NCBI GenBank assembly: GCA_963666345.1
Contig: OY762721.1
Coordinates: 576,001-640,000 of the forward strand
Source of the DNA: Desulfatiglandales bacterium
GTDB lineage: Bacteria > Desulfobacterota > DSM-4660 > Desulfatiglandales > Desulfatiglandaceae
Direction: 5' to 3'
DNA: 64,000 nucleotides
Shown here: positions 63,185 to 64,000 of the stretch, piece after piece
Layout of the letters: every line of letters starts with the position of its first letter
Position numbering within the stretch: position 1 is the first letter of the stretch
The notes under the pieces: model-generated
Told to the model about the DNA's origin: nothing
Databases searched by the model: none
What the model saw: the letters and a program-made list of their open reading frames with translations, nothing else
Made by a program: the position numbers and the translations under genes

Positions 63185-63603
63185 TTTTCGTGTTTGGATT
63201 TCCAAGATATCAGAGGGCCGCCGGACATCCAGGCGGTCGAAACACACTTGATCCTATCTGCCAATCCGAAATGAATAAACTATTCCGGGCCAGAGGACCG
63301 GGACCCAAAGCGGGACAAATCAACTCCAAAATTTCAGCCGCTTTCAATTTTAGCAGATTGCAGGCATTTTCACCTGTCCTTTTGGACATGCCCACTTCTT
63401 CCAAACCGGTTCAAAAACCGGGGACATTAGTTGAAAAACAGCATCTAAAAAATAAGTTAGTGAAAAAATATAAAAACAGGATTGAATTCATTCCTCAAAT
63501 TATTATTTTTATAAAATGACATTTTATAAGGAATCTTTTTCATGATTGTCCTTTTAAGGCAAAAGTTAAAGAATTTAGAACATCTGGAAACAGGAGGAAG
63601 ATA

Positions 63604-64000
63604 ATGAAAAAGGCAATAAAGTGGATAATTATTGTTGGAGGAGCCCTCTGTGTACTAATTATCGCCTCTCTGCTCATAATACCGATGTTCGTGGACCTTG
63701 ATGACTACAAGCCTAAAATCGAAGCCAAGGCTTCCGAAGCAACCGGTCGCCCATTTAGAATCGGAGGTGACCTGGACCTCTCTCTTTTCCCCTGGGCGGG
63801 GATCTCTTTTACCGATCTGAGCCTTGGAAACCCGGAAGGTTTCAAAGAAAAGGAGTTTGTTTCTGTCAAGTCCTTCGAGGTAAGAGTTAAACTGCTTCCG
63901 CTCATAGCAAAAGACATTCAGGTCAAACGCTTTATCCTGGAAAAGCCCTCTGTGACCCTTATAAAAGCAAAGGGCAAAAAGGCCAACTGGGAAGGACTTG
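63604..64000 (+). CDS. asmA: AsmA family protein (truncated by the window end)
   Basis: AGGAGG RBS; N-terminal TM, DYKPKIE...TGRPFRIGGDLDLSLFPW...VKLLPL. Confidence 0.85.
   Translation, partial: MKKAIKWIIIVGGALCVLIIASLLIIPMFVDLDDYKPKIEAKASEATGRPFRIGGDLDLSLFPWAGISFTDLSLGNPEGFKEKEFVSVKSFEVRVKLLPLIAKDIQVKRFILEKPSVTLIKAKGKKANWEGL

Noticed and set aside
63190..63519. Short ORFs between the LEA2 gene and asmA
   Set aside because: No RBS or motifs; the AT-rich part looks like the asmA promoter region.

Overview
Chromosomal window of an anaerobic Desulfobacterota-type (deltaproteobacterial) organism, judged from gene content. Left end (1-8.4 kb, minus strand): two tandem LapA-like type I-secreted RTX adhesin genes with a retention module. 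Their 5' ~2.04 kb are almost identical, and both carry the same palindromic, lux-box-like upstream site at identical spacing. 8.8-17.5 kb: a cytoplasmic histidine kinase and a sigma-54 activator precede an apparent operon encoding a small Cys-rich protein, NuoE/NuoF/NuoG-N-like (HydCBA-like) subunits with no hydrogenase or formate dehydrogenase catalytic domain, and a stand-alone FMN-binding glutamate-synthase-domain protein; this is the most interesting candidate system. The rest is mostly housekeeping: FabK/NMO-like flavoprotein, Na/Pi transporter, acyl-CoA ligase-GNAT fusion, MsrAB, P-type ATPase, a complete rRNA operon (16S-tRNA-Ile-tRNA-Ala-23S-5S) with tandem promoters, DegT, ctpA-envC-ftsX-ftsE, TolC, a selenium cluster (LysR, selenocysteine-recoded selD, yedF), topA-dprA-LysM, exbBD-ftsB-TPR-core-MetE-like-LEA2 and a truncated asmA. 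MITE/REP-like elements and two gene remnants lie in intergenic gaps. No CRISPR array or intact prophage or transposase was seen. All family calls are by eye from motifs, not from database searches.
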